From the IMG/VR virus record IMGVR_UViG_3300020112_000918, positions 1 through 64,000 of that record: a stretch of 64,000 nucleotides of DNA. The stretch is one strand, 5' to 3'. Of this stretch, positions 41,186-50,344 are shown in pieces. The notes under the pieces were generated by a model that did no database searches, was not told the origin of the DNA, and worked only from the letters and a program-made list of their open reading frames with translations. The translations under genes were made by a program, and so were the position numbers. The stretch's first letter is position 1. Each line of letters starts with the position of its first letter. Source of the stretch: a virus. Taxonomy: Duplodnaviria > Caudoviricetes.

Positions 41186-41650
41186 GAGCATTAAAAACAA
41201 GCCTTGATTTTACGCAGAAGAGATCTGACACTTGGGTCAAGGCTGCTTAACCTCTTCAACAAGGGGTAACTTCTACAAAGAAAAACACTTACTAGTATTT
41301 CTGGCTCGGGACGACAAAGCGTGATGCTACTCCGTAGGGGAATACGCTAAGGCGAGACTGTGGTCTAGCGTTGTAATCGTGGGAAGCAGTTTATGACCCT
41401 GACGTGTAGGTGGAGGAGTGGTGAGGGGAATGAGTACGCCACGTAGAAGCGATCTGAACTTATCGATAAAGGTACCACGGGAAAAACGGTTCAGCGATTT
41501 TTCCTGCTCTGATGATGGCTCCGTAGCTTGAATCATGGGCAACCCTGTCTTTAGGAGACCACCTAACGCCAGAAGCAGTTAGGGACTTTAAGCCACTCGG
41601 CTAAGTAGCGTTTCCTAAGGTCGGGTCTGCTCTTCCGAATCCACCACTCT
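41186..41650 (+). ncRNA. putative large structured non-coding RNA (family unassigned)
   Basis: Locally GC-rich, no credible ORF, class-2 promoter at 41171, many local and long-range helices (see findings); ends approximate. Confidence 0.65.
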
Positions 41651-41701
41651 TGAGATTTCTTTCTTATCTAATTGAGTTCCTATTTTTGAGTGGAGGATTA
41701 A

Positions 41702-42355
41702 ATGTGGAAAAATCTAAGATTACTTTACCTACTTGGCTCTTTATTCTTGTTCTCGTTCTTGCCCTTGCAGGAATTGCATTCTCAGTCTACTCCGAGTATA
41801 ACTTTTACAAATTTAAACATGATGCAGCCACTCGGTATTCCGAACTTGAACAGCAGTATAAATTGGAATCTGCCTCTCTCGCAGCAGAACTGGACTCAAT
41901 TCGACTTCACGCTGATGAGCTTGAACGACTTATCCAGGGCGTTCAATCTGGAGTATCAGAACTCTCAGAACTTAATAGACAATCTACAGAGTCAGCTAAA
42001 CTTCTCGAATCTTCAAATTCTGTCATTGGAGTTATCTTTGGAGAGTACGCAAGACGAACTGCAAAGGTTACAGCAGAGCTTGAACAACTCACTCGAAACT
42101 CAACAAAATATGGACTCCCTAGCCGAACAGATGACAACGGAAACTAATGTTCTGAAAGAAGAAAATAAACTTTATAAGCGTAAGATTAAGAAACTCTGGA
42201 TATCTATTGGAGTTTCTTCTGGAGGAGCAGCTATAGGAAGCCCTCTAATTGTTGAAGGAATTCGAACAGACAATCAAGTGATGACTTGGTCTGGAATAGG
42301 AGTTCTTGGAATAACAGCTATTTTTGATATAGTTTACAACATCTTCATAGAATAA
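41702..42355 (+). CDS. exported coiled-coil protein with C-terminal hydrophobic segments (spanin-like)
   Basis: Signal-peptide-like N-terminus, Q/N/L heptads, two Gly-rich hydrophobic segments; precedes the endolysin. Confidence 0.55.
   Translation: MWKNLRLLYLLGSLFLFSFLPLQELHSQSTPSITFTNLNMMQPLGIPNLNSSINWNLPLSQQNWTQFDFTLMSLNDLSRAFNLEYQNSQNLIDNLQSQLNFSNLQILSLELSLESTQDELQRLQQSLNNSLETQQNMDSLAEQMTTETNVLKEENKLYKRKIKKLWISIGVSSGGAAIGSPLIVEGIRTDNQVMTWSGIGVLGITAIFDIVYNIFIE
41704..42147 (+). CDS. inner-membrane spanin-like protein (overprinted)
   Basis: GTG start, one N-terminal TM helix and a coiled coil; nested in another frame of 41702-42355. Confidence 0.55.
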   Translation: MEKSKITLPTWLFILVLVLALAGIAFSVYSEYNFYKFKHDAATRYSELEQQYKLESASLAAELDSIRLHADELERLIQGVQSGVSELSELNRQSTESAKLLESSNSVIGVIFGEYARRTAKVTAELEQLTRNSTKYGLPSRTDDNGN

Positions 42356-42366
42356 GGAGAAAAGAA

Positions 42367-42774
42367 ATGGACACAAAACAGTTTGTAGACAAGTATCTTG
42401 GAACTAAGGTTGACGCAGACGGATTTTATGGAGCACAGTGCGTAGACCTTTTCCGTCAGTTCAATAGAGAAGTTTTCGGCTTTCCTCACACAGGAGGAGT
42501 AGACGGAGCTAAAGATTTGTATGAACTTTACGGTAAACTTCCAGAAGAAAAGAAATACTACGAGCAGATTCGTAAAGAAGGAACTATTCCTCTCGAAGGA
42601 GATATCGTAGTCTTCGGAAAAACTACTAAAAACCAATTCGGTCACGTAGCTATTGTTTTATGGGCTTCCAGAAAGACTATGGTTGTTCTTGAACAGGATG
42701 GTCTGAAACAGGATGGAGCAAAAATCGTAGCTCGTGACTATGACAATGTTCTGGGATTCTTACGTAGGAGATAA
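42367..42774 (+). CDS. CHAP-domain endolysin
   Basis: DGFYGAQCVDL, GDIVVF, FGHVAIV, VLEQD. Confidence 0.9.
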   Translation: MDTKQFVDKYLGTKVDADGFYGAQCVDLFRQFNREVFGFPHTGGVDGAKDLYELYGKLPEEKKYYEQIRKEGTIPLEGDIVVFGKTTKNQFGHVAIVLWASRKTMVVLEQDGLKQDGAKIVARDYDNVLGFLRRR

Positions 42775-42776
42775 AC

Positions 42777-43382
42777 TTGCCTAAAAAGATTCAGAACAAC
42801 TGGACGTTGCGTAAGCTGATCCAGAACACGTATGCCCATCAGTATTCTCGAACTCGCTTTGCCTATAAGCTAAGAGATATGGTAAAGGTCATACGTGTTG
42901 AACAAGTCTCTGTTTACAATGGAAAAGACCCTGGAAAAGCCCGAACAAAATACGTCATCACGACTCGTTCAACTCCTCAGTACTATCCTTACTACACTAA
43001 GAAAGATGCTTGGGGAAGAACTAGACAACGTCAGACACGCTACCATCACGAATACGCAGTTACTATTCAGATGGATACTCTTTCTCTAGACGTTCCGTTT
43101 AAGGGCAGAGTAGGTTCAATAGGAGCTTGGGATTTTTCAAAAAGAGGTTCCCCTATTCGTTTACCTAACGGAAAAGTCAAAGAAGGAACTAACTACCAGA
43201 AAGGAATTAACGCAGACTTCTGGTTTAGATGTTCTTGGGTGTGGCAGCAGGAAGGAATTCTTTTCGGTAAGAACTATGCAAAAGGTGCTCCTGTAAAGGT
43301 TAATCCTAACAGAATTGTTTTTGCTCCAAAGCACTTCTTAGCCGTAGTTCAGTACCTTATGGAAAGGGGAATTTTACACTAA
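42777..43382 (+). CDS. basic hypothetical protein (degenerate SWIM-like motif)
   Basis: ADFWFR...NP...PKHFLAV; TTG start uncertain. Confidence 0.45.
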   Translation: MPKKIQNNWTLRKLIQNTYAHQYSRTRFAYKLRDMVKVIRVEQVSVYNGKDPGKARTKYVITTRSTPQYYPYYTKKDAWGRTRQRQTRYHHEYAVTIQMDTLSLDVPFKGRVGSIGAWDFSKRGSPIRLPNGKVKEGTNYQKGINADFWFRCSWVWQQEGILFGKNYAKGAPVKVNPNRIVFAPKHFLAVVQYLMERGILH

Positions 43383-43395
43383 GGGAGCAAAATAG

Positions 43396-43671
43396 ATGGA
43401 AAACTATTCAGACGTCTTAGATAAAGAAGCAATCATTGAGAGAGTATTTACTCAGGAGTTTGACTTCGGAGATTACTCTCTTGTAAGAGTAAATAATCAC
43501 TGGGAGATCCAGTTTGAAGATGAAGAGGGAGCTCAGTCAATTGTTATTCAGCCAGATGACTTTGATGAAAAAGATGAATTCCAGTTTATGATTGGTACAA
43601 AAGAATACACGTTCTCAAAATCTTCTTTTCTTAAAGTTGAAAATTTCTGTTTGGAGAATCACCTTATTTAG
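43396..43671 (+). CDS. hypothetical acidic protein
   Basis: SD and ORF. Confidence 0.55.
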   Translation: MENYSDVLDKEAIIERVFTQEFDFGDYSLVRVNNHWEIQFEDEEGAQSIVIQPDDFDEKDEFQFMIGTKEYTFSKSSFLKVENFCLENHLI

Positions 43672-43682
43672 CCTATTTCTTT

Positions 43683-44066
43683 ATGGCAGTATATGTAGAT
43701 TATGACCTTACAGGAACTTCAAACCAACAAGGTAACATTCCCGTTTTAACAGATCAAGAAGCTCTCTCTAATGCAATCAAGCTCTGGCTATGTTCATTCA
43801 GAGGGGAAAGACTCTACCGTCCCAATAAAGGAGGATGGATTGTCGGTTCTCTTATGAAGCCAATGTCAGAAGACCGTGCCGTTGAAATGGAAAAGAATAT
43901 CAAGATAGGACTGAGAACAGACTTTCAGCCCTCTATTGAAGTAACTAGATGTAAGGTTACTCCTGACTACGAAAATAGTTGTTACTACGTTCACGTAGAA
44001 GGAAGATGTCCTGCATTCCGTTCATCTGTATACTCCGATGTAACTGTAAAACATCTGCACAGGTAG
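43683..44066 (+). CDS. baseplate wedge protein (gp25/GPW-like)
   Basis: ALSNAIKLWL.SFRGERLYRP; precedes the gp6-like gene. Confidence 0.8.
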   Translation: MAVYVDYDLTGTSNQQGNIPVLTDQEALSNAIKLWLCSFRGERLYRPNKGGWIVGSLMKPMSEDRAVEMEKNIKIGLRTDFQPSIEVTRCKVTPDYENSCYYVHVEGRCPAFRSSVYSDVTVKHLHR

Positions 44067-44075
44067 AGGTTTTAT

Positions 44076-45881
44076 ATGGCAGTTATTAAATTCGACTATA
44101 ATTCCGTTCTGGAAAGACTTAAGGCAAGAGTTCTTGCTCGACTTGGAGGGGAACAGATTCTGCTTTTCTCTACTAACTCGGCTTTCCTTGAAGCAGCTGC
44201 TGAAGAATTTGCGGACGCAGCTCTTTATGATGAATTTCTTACCCGTGAAGCAGTCTGGGAAACAGCTCAGGGTTACGGTTCTATTATGAAGCAGGTAGGC
44301 TTCTACGCTTACAAACCTCACAGAAAAGTTGGAGCTACAGGTCAGGTTCGTTTGTCTACTTCTTCTAGTTTTGACGGTTCTTGGGGAACTAATATAAACA
44401 TCCCTAAGTTTTTTCAGGTTTCAGGTGGCGGACTTTCTTTCCTTACTAAAGAAAGCACTTATCTCGCTGCAAATGCAAACTATGTAGATGTAACTGTAAT
44501 TCAGGGAGAAAAGATTGAACGCTCAGTCGAAATTACTTCAACTGCTTATCCTGAGCTTAAATACGCTACAGTAACTATAAAAGACTCAGACATTGAAAAC
44601 ACTCTATACTCTGTAAAAGTAAACGGAACTGTTTGGACTGAAGTAGATTCGATTCGTCTGGCTTCTTCTAATGAAGACCTTTTCTACACTTTGAAAACTT
44701 TGCCAGATTTTTCTGGAGTTGAAATATCATTCGGTAACGGAGTATTTGGTAGAAAACTTGAATACGGAGACACTGTGACCTTTGAATACCTACAGACAGC
44801 TGGAGCTAACAGCAATGTTCTTTCTAGTGGAATCATAACTTCTGCTGATACAAAGATTAAAGATGAATCTGGAACAGAAGTTACTTTCTATTGTACTAAC
44901 TTAGACGCTCTTGTAGGTGGATCAGGATATGAAAGTATCAATGACATCCGTTCATCTGCACCTCTTTCTTTTCAGACAGGTAACCGTGCTATTTCTTCTT
45001 CTGACTATGCTACTTTAATTAAGCAGACAAACTTAGTAGATAAAGTTCAAGTATGGGGAGAAAAAGAGATTAACGAAGACGCTGGAAACAGACCTGGAAC
45101 TTATGTAGAATCTTCTGAAAACCTGATTTACATAACAGGAATTACAATCGACTCAGAAACAGGTACGGGGCTTCCTTTGTCTGAAACCTCTAAAACTCTT
45201 ATTCGTGAAGCTCTTAATGACAAGAAAGGAACTACAGACATTCTTCAGTTTATTGATACTCAGATAGTTTATGTAACCTTTAATTCTGAAGTCTATATTT
45301 CTAACACAAAATATTCTTCAGAACAGGTTGTGGGAAATATTCACAAAGCTCTAGCAGAAGAGTATGCTCTGACAGGTTCTGCCTACAAAAAGAATCTTTA
45401 CTTCTCAGACTACTACAGAACAATAGATGCTGCTGAGGGAGTTGACCATCATAAGACTTCTCTCTCATTTACAGAATTTTATAATTTCTCTTCTGCTTAC
45501 ATGTTAACCGCAAATCTTAACTTGTCTAATATCGCTCCAGGAACTGTTAAGCTCTTTATTAGAGATGCTTCTCAGGATGAAGACTGGAAAGCTCTGGGAC
45601 ATGATAATGGCTACGGCTTAATCCTTGGAGATGAAATCGATCCTAGTGATCCTTCAAAGGGTAACTATGACCTGAATTCTGCTTCTATCTCATATAGCGA
45701 TGGTTCAATTGGAAACATTCTTGTTTCCTATGGCTTGTCACAGCCTTTCTCTAACTATCAGATAAAGATTGAATTCGGTCAGCAGGATTCTGAAGAAGGC
45801 GACCTTATTTTGAAATACAGACAGCAGTTGTTTGCTTTCTACAAAGACAAGATCACTACTCATATTATGGGGGTTGCTTAA
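44076..45881 (+). CDS. baseplate wedge protein (gp6/baseplate J-like)
   Basis: FLTREAVWETAQ, ISFGNGVFGRK, GGSGYESINDIR..AP...NRAISSSDY. Confidence 0.88.
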   Translation: MAVIKFDYNSVLERLKARVLARLGGEQILLFSTNSAFLEAAAEEFADAALYDEFLTREAVWETAQGYGSIMKQVGFYAYKPHRKVGATGQVRLSTSSSFDGSWGTNINIPKFFQVSGGGLSFLTKESTYLAANANYVDVTVIQGEKIERSVEITSTAYPELKYATVTIKDSDIENTLYSVKVNGTVWTEVDSIRLASSNEDLFYTLKTLPDFSGVEISFGNGVFGRKLEYGDTVTFEYLQTAGANSNVLSSGIITSADTKIKDESGTEVTFYCTNLDALVGGSGYESINDIRSSAPLSFQTGNRAISSSDYATLIKQTNLVDKVQVWGEKEINEDAGNRPGTYVESSENLIYITGITIDSETGTGLPLSETSKTLIREALNDKKGTTDILQFIDTQIVYVTFNSEVYISNTKYSSEQVVGNIHKALAEEYALTGSAYKKNLYFSDYYRTIDAAEGVDHHKTSLSFTEFYNFSSAYMLTANLNLSNIAPGTVKLFIRDASQDEDWKALGHDNGYGLILGDEIDPSDPSKGNYDLNSASISYSDGSIGNILVSYGLSQPFSNYQIKIEFGQQDSEEGDLILKYRQQLFAFYKDKITTHIMGVA

Positions 45882-47626
45882 TGAGTGACGACCTTTACAC
45901 AGAAAAACGAATTCCTCCTGTTCTTAAGGGAACTATATACCAGACTTTTCTTGAAGCTATTGCGGAAGAAATTAGTCTTTTCCGAGATCAGATGTATCAG
46001 CAGAAAACTTCTTTCTATGACCCTGAGAAAATGGAAAAAGAACGACTAATCCAGATATCAGAAAACTTCGGAGTTCCTTTCTCAACCGTTGTTCGAGATG
46101 ATCTTGACTTTTTAAGACAAGAAGTAAATAACATTGGATTTAAACTGTTCTACAAAGGCACTCCTACCTTGTATAAGTCTTTCTTTTTGTCTATCGACAG
46201 AATCGGTCAGATGTTTATTTACACATACTCTTCTGCATCAAACTACCTGCAGAGAAGTATGAAAGACCCTTGTGACTCAGCAGCTTCCACAGATAAGAAT
46301 CTTCCTTTTCTGTTTAAGTCTAAGAATGACTTCTCGGGCGTAGTAAAAGACTTCCTTACTTTGGACTCTGGATTTATTTTGGATGATTCTCCTGCCTTTA
46401 AGCTCGATACAAGTAATTCTAAGATTTCTTCAAACCATATAGGTCTTGAATACTTTATCGATAGAATAATTCGTAAAAATAATAAAGACTACCTTATGAC
46501 TGATGAGTATCTTTTGTTCTTGTCAGAAAACATTAACTGGGGAAGACGCTGTAAAGAAGTTCCTCATATCGGCTCCCAGCTTTCTATCCAAACAGACTTG
46601 TCGGGAAAGATTAATTTTCTGTTCCCTGATCAAGAATTTTCCGTTCCTTCTCTTAAGACAAACGTAGTTGCTAGTCCGAACTTGCTTGATTACATTTCTA
46701 GTCAGTACGATATTACGGAAGCAAGGTTCGGAATAGGGTCGAAAATTCTTCCTTCTGTTCAGAATCCAGACATACCTTTCCCTACTGACCTTGAATCTAC
46801 TGTAGCTGTTATGTCTGTAAATTCTTCAGATACTTACGAAAACGAAAGCTACGTAGGAGCTACAGGAGAATACATCGGACAGGAAATTCGTCAGCTTAAG
46901 ATTAAAGATGACTTTTCTGGTTCAGAAACTCATTTTAATTTTACTTTACCTCTGGCTCCTATACGTAAAGGGAACGTCTGCTTGTCTATAAAGCAGCACG
47001 GGCTTGCAGATCCTCTTTACGTTCTTGATGATAAAAAAGGTATCTTCAAGTCTAATAAGATGCTTGGTTCTATTGACTATGAAACAGGAAACTGCACTCT
47101 TGATACAGACTTTGAGTACGATACCTCTTACGTTGTTTCAGACGCTTTTTCTGAAGAAGACCCTGGACTCTGGGCTTATGTCGTAGACAAAGATGAAACT
47201 GACCTGACTCCAGGCTCTGTAAAGATTACGTTTACAATGGGAGAAGGATCTTCTAAGAAGACTTACACAGTAGCTGATGACGGAGAGGGACATTTCCAGA
47301 GCAGCCCCGTAATTGTTGCATCAGAGATTAACTACGAGTCTGGAGAAATTCAGATTCGATTCACGCAAACTCTTTCAAAAGATTCTTCTATAGAAAACAA
47401 GTATTCATACCATGTTTCTTGGAAGCCAGAAGCAGAAGATATTCTTTATGCTTCTTACTTCTTCGTCTTGAACTCTATTGAGATTACAGAACTTGGATTC
47501 TTCAATACGAAAGGAGATCTGCTCGTTTATGCAACTTTTCCTCCTCTTCAGTTCTCTTCAACAGAATTTCATTGCAACTTTACGATTCTTGTTGATAAGA
47601 AAGCTGCGGAAGAAAAAACAGATTAA
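45881..47626 (+). CDS. baseplate wedge protein (gp7-like)
   Basis: YKGTP motif, C-terminal ITELGFFN..GDLLVYATFP; follows the gp6-like gene. Confidence 0.65.
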   Translation: MSDDLYTEKRIPPVLKGTIYQTFLEAIAEEISLFRDQMYQQKTSFYDPEKMEKERLIQISENFGVPFSTVVRDDLDFLRQEVNNIGFKLFYKGTPTLYKSFFLSIDRIGQMFIYTYSSASNYLQRSMKDPCDSAASTDKNLPFLFKSKNDFSGVVKDFLTLDSGFILDDSPAFKLDTSNSKISSNHIGLEYFIDRIIRKNNKDYLMTDEYLLFLSENINWGRRCKEVPHIGSQLSIQTDLSGKINFLFPDQEFSVPSLKTNVVASPNLLDYISSQYDITEARFGIGSKILPSVQNPDIPFPTDLESTVAVMSVNSSDTYENESYVGATGEYIGQEIRQLKIKDDFSGSETHFNFTLPLAPIRKGNVCLSIKQHGLADPLYVLDDKKGIFKSNKMLGSIDYETGNCTLDTDFEYDTSYVVSDAFSEEDPGLWAYVVDKDETDLTPGSVKITFTMGEGSSKKTYTVADDGEGHFQSSPVIVASEINYESGEIQIRFTQTLSKDSSIENKYSYHVSWKPEAEDILYASYFFVLNSIEITELGFFNTKGDLLVYATFPPLQFSSTEFHCNFTILVDKKAAEEKTD

Positions 47627-47634
47627 GGGCTTCT

Positions 47635-47659
47635 GGAAGCCTATTTAATTATCTTTAAA
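47635..47659 (+). repeat. 25-bp direct repeat, left copy (contains CCTATTT)
   Basis: GGAAGCCTATTTAATTATCTTTAAA, identical at 49274-49298. Confidence 0.9.
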
Positions 47660-47727
47660 AACAAAAGCCTTTCCTGCTACCAACAAGAAAGGCTTTCTAA
47701 ACACATCAAATAAAAGAGGTATTTGCT

Positions 47728-49287
47728 ATGTCTGAAAAAATAGTTGAATGTTCTATTTGTGGAAAAATCCATAAAGTTTGCTCTTATTATATTTCAGAGA
47801 GAACTTTTACTCCTCATGAAGTTACTTGTCCTGTATGCGGAAAAATCTTTATTATAAAGTGGCAAGCAGCTCAAGCTCGTCAAAAAGAAAATGTAGATGA
47901 GTCTTACTGTGCAAAATGTCTTCAAAAACATACTGCTTTAAGACTTTACGGAGTAGAATACCCTATGCGTTCTCCTAAGATTGTCGCAAAAGCTAAGGCA
48001 ACTTGTTTAAAGAAGTATGGAACTTCTTCTCCTCTAAATAAAGAGTGCTCCGTTAGAATAGAACATGAAAAAGAATTTAAAGAAGGTTCTATAAAGGGAG
48101 GACAAGGAAAAGAATCTCCTTTTAAAGACCCTCAAATAAGAGAAAAAGCCCGTAAAGTCATTAAAGAAAAATACGGGGTAGACAATGTAATGAAATCCGA
48201 CGAAATTAAGTCTCGATTTCAGAAAACGATGATAGAAAAATATGGTTCTCCTTGGGCTATGCAGTCAGAGCAGCTTAAACAACGAATGAGTGATTCTTGC
48301 TTGAAAAATAATGGAGCACCTTGGCCAGCTCAAAGTCCAGAAATTCGAAAACAAATGTCTCAGACCTGTTTCGAAAAATATGGAACTATTCATCCTAATA
48401 TTGGATCTCAGTCTAAAGAAGAAAAAGAAATTTTTAACTATATATCATCTTTAGGGTTTAAACCGATTTCAGGATTTGTTGACTGGGGAACGGGAACTCA
48501 AGAAATAGATATCTTTATTCCTGAACTAAAAGTAGGATTTGAATATAACGGTCTTTATTTTCATTCTACAGCCTGTAAAGTAAATCCTCTTTATCATCAT
48601 GAAAAATCTGTCAAGGCTTTAAACTCAGGGATTAAACTTTATCACTTATGGTCGAGAGAAGATCTTTCCTTGCTTAAAAGTGTTGTAGCTTCTAAACTAG
48701 GAAAGTGTAAGAAACTTTATGCTCGAAATCTTACTGTAAAGTCTGTTTCTACACTAGAAGCTAATAGTTTTTATAATAAAAATCATATTCAAGGCTCTGT
48801 TGGAGTAAGCTCATTTCATTATGGACTTTTTGAAGGAGATACTTTAATATCTTGTATGTCTTTTAGAACCTTTCACCCAGGAACAGTAGAGCTTTCTAGA
48901 TTTGCAACTCAGCAATTTACTCAAGTTATAGGAGGATTTAGTAAGCTCTGGTCTTATTTTGAAAGACATAATACAAAGTACTTGCATGCAGTATCTTTTG
49001 CCATGAGAGATATTTGTCCTGTTTGGCAGGAAACTGTTTACGCTAAAACGGGATGGAATAAAACTTTAGAGTACTCTAATCAATTATTCTACACAGACTG
49101 TACTCGACTTCTTAATAGACAAAACTTTATGAAACAAAAATTAAAAGACTTGTGGGAATGGAAATCGGAATATAATTCAATGACCGAAGTTCAAATCTGT
49201 CAAGACCATGGAATTTATGCTATTTATAATTCGGGCTGCTGGAAATTTGAAAAAGACTTAGTCCCTCTAAATCGGAAGCCTATTTAA
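47728..49287 (+). CDS. free-standing homing endonuclease (zinc ribbon, KYG repeats, PD-(D/E)xK/Hef-like domain)
   Basis: CxxC motifs, repeated EKYG.., EIDIFIPELKVGFEYNGLYFHS, YARNL, NHIQG, ELSRFA, IYNSG. Confidence 0.78.
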   Translation: MSEKIVECSICGKIHKVCSYYISERTFTPHEVTCPVCGKIFIIKWQAAQARQKENVDESYCAKCLQKHTALRLYGVEYPMRSPKIVAKAKATCLKKYGTSSPLNKECSVRIEHEKEFKEGSIKGGQGKESPFKDPQIREKARKVIKEKYGVDNVMKSDEIKSRFQKTMIEKYGSPWAMQSEQLKQRMSDSCLKNNGAPWPAQSPEIRKQMSQTCFEKYGTIHPNIGSQSKEEKEIFNYISSLGFKPISGFVDWGTGTQEIDIFIPELKVGFEYNGLYFHSTACKVNPLYHHEKSVKALNSGIKLYHLWSREDLSLLKSVVASKLGKCKKLYARNLTVKSVSTLEANSFYNKNHIQGSVGVSSFHYGLFEGDTLISCMSFRTFHPGTVELSRFATQQFTQVIGGFSKLWSYFERHNTKYLHAVSFAMRDICPVWQETVYAKTGWNKTLEYSNQLFYTDCTRLLNRQNFMKQKLKDLWEWKSEYNSMTEVQICQDHGIYAIYNSGCWKFEKDLVPLNRKPI

Positions 49288-49298
49288 TTATCTTTAAA
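49274..49298 (+). repeat. 25-bp direct repeat, right copy
   Basis: Identical to 47635-47659. Confidence 0.9.
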
Positions 49299-49325
49299 GA
49301 AATCTTACTAGTAAGGAGATACACT

Positions 49326-49856
49326 ATGTCAATTGATAGCGTTTATGCAATGGGCGACGATGCTTTAGGAAATATGGCAGAAATCGAAGTTGGAGCATTT
49401 TCTCTCTTCGGTGACTTGAAAGACAACCTTAAGTATCGTACTACTAACATTTCTGTTCCTGGATTCGCAATGGGCGAATACATGGTTGCATGGAAGACAC
49501 AGCAGTTCCCTAAGCCAAACGGAAAAGATGAAACTCCAAAGCAGTTTACTTGTCAGTTCCGTGTTGACAAATACTATACAGTTTACAAATCTCTCTTGGC
49601 TTGGTGGCAGTATGAATGCAATTCAGACACTGGTGCTATGGCAGAAGATGTTGGAGCTGTTTCAGGAACTTCTAACATTCGTACAGACATTCAGGTTCGA
49701 ACAGTTGATTCAAACGGTGTTACTACTAACGAAGGATTCAAATTCGAAAAGGCTTACATCAAAGAACTTTCGGGATTTGACTATGACGTTAACTCTGGTG
49801 ACCCTTTGTCTTGTACTGTTACTTGGAGCTACGTAAAAATGCTCCCACTTTTCTAA
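49326..49856 (+). CDS. tail tube protein (gp19-like)
   Basis: 176 aa; ISVPG...FTCQFRVD...AWWQ...FEKAYIKELSGFDYD...CTVTWSY; late motif and strong SD. Confidence 0.8.
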   Translation: MSIDSVYAMGDDALGNMAEIEVGAFSLFGDLKDNLKYRTTNISVPGFAMGEYMVAWKTQQFPKPNGKDETPKQFTCQFRVDKYYTVYKSLLAWWQYECNSDTGAMAEDVGAVSGTSNIRTDIQVRTVDSNGVTTNEGFKFEKAYIKELSGFDYDVNSGDPLSCTVTWSYVKMLPLF

Positions 49857-49876
49857 TCAGAAAGAGAGTAGAAATG

Positions 49877-49907
49877 AAAAGAGGAGACCTTCGAGGTCTC
49901 CTTTTTT
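49877..49907. terminator. bidirectional terminator at the strand switch
   Basis: AAAA-GAGGAGACCT-TCG-AGGTCTCCTT-TTTT between convergent genes. Confidence 0.8.
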
Positions 49908-50055
49908 AACCGAAAATAAATGCCAGTAGAGTTTCTATTTTTATTTGAATCTCCATTGCTTGACGGATTAGTTTAGGGTCGTGAGTTTCGATGAACTTGT
50001 GAAGTATTTGATCTTGTTCATCTTGTAAGTGAACAACTTTATCGCTATCTGACAT
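49906..50055 (-). CDS. 49-aa leaderless hypothetical protein (not in the ORF track)
   Basis: MSDSDKVVHLQDEQ...LLAFIFG; ATG 5 nt after CCTATTT; ends at the terminator. Confidence 0.5.
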   Translation of the reverse strand: MSDSDKVVHLQDEQDQILHKFIETHDPKLIRQAMEIQIKIETLLAFIFG

Positions 50056-50113
50056 GCAGTAAATAGGTGTTTACGCTATCAGTAACCCCCCCCGAAAATA
50101 CAGAAGCTCAGGC

Positions 50114-50329
50114 TTAAAAGTCTTCTCCCGCATCATCATCCGTTTCATGGATAGTTCGTTTTCCTCCATGAAAAACAGTCAAGCATTCACTCAGTTCCGC
50201 ATAAGCTCTACGCACAGGAGAGCGAGTAGGTTTTTCCCAGAGATCAGGCTTATCCATCTGTTCCTGAATTGCCTGAATTTCTGCCACAGTAAGTTTAACA
50301 CAAACCTTAGGATGTCTCTGTCCTTTCAT
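50114..50329 (-). CDS. hypothetical protein
   Basis: GGAGG SD before ATG 50329. Confidence 0.55.
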   Translation of the reverse strand: MKGQRHPKVCVKLTVAEIQAIQEQMDKPDLWEKPTRSPVRRAYAELSECLTVFHGGKRTIHETDDDAGEDF

Positions 50330-50344
50330 TTTATCCTCCAACTT

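Noticed and set aside
41327-41542. Minus-strand 71-aa ORF and the many other short antisense or nested ORFs in the track
   Set aside because: They have no SD or promoter and no recognisable motifs; they shadow real genes or the structured RNA
41505-41545. Hammerhead-like CTGATGA followed by a hairpin
   Set aside because: It is followed by GAAT rather than GAAA and no stems I/III are evident; treated as part of the larger RNA
41620-41650. tRNA/tmRNA-like 3' end (…GAATCCACCA)
   Set aside because: No proper T-arm, acceptor stem or tag ORF found; CACCAC is better explained by the long-range helix
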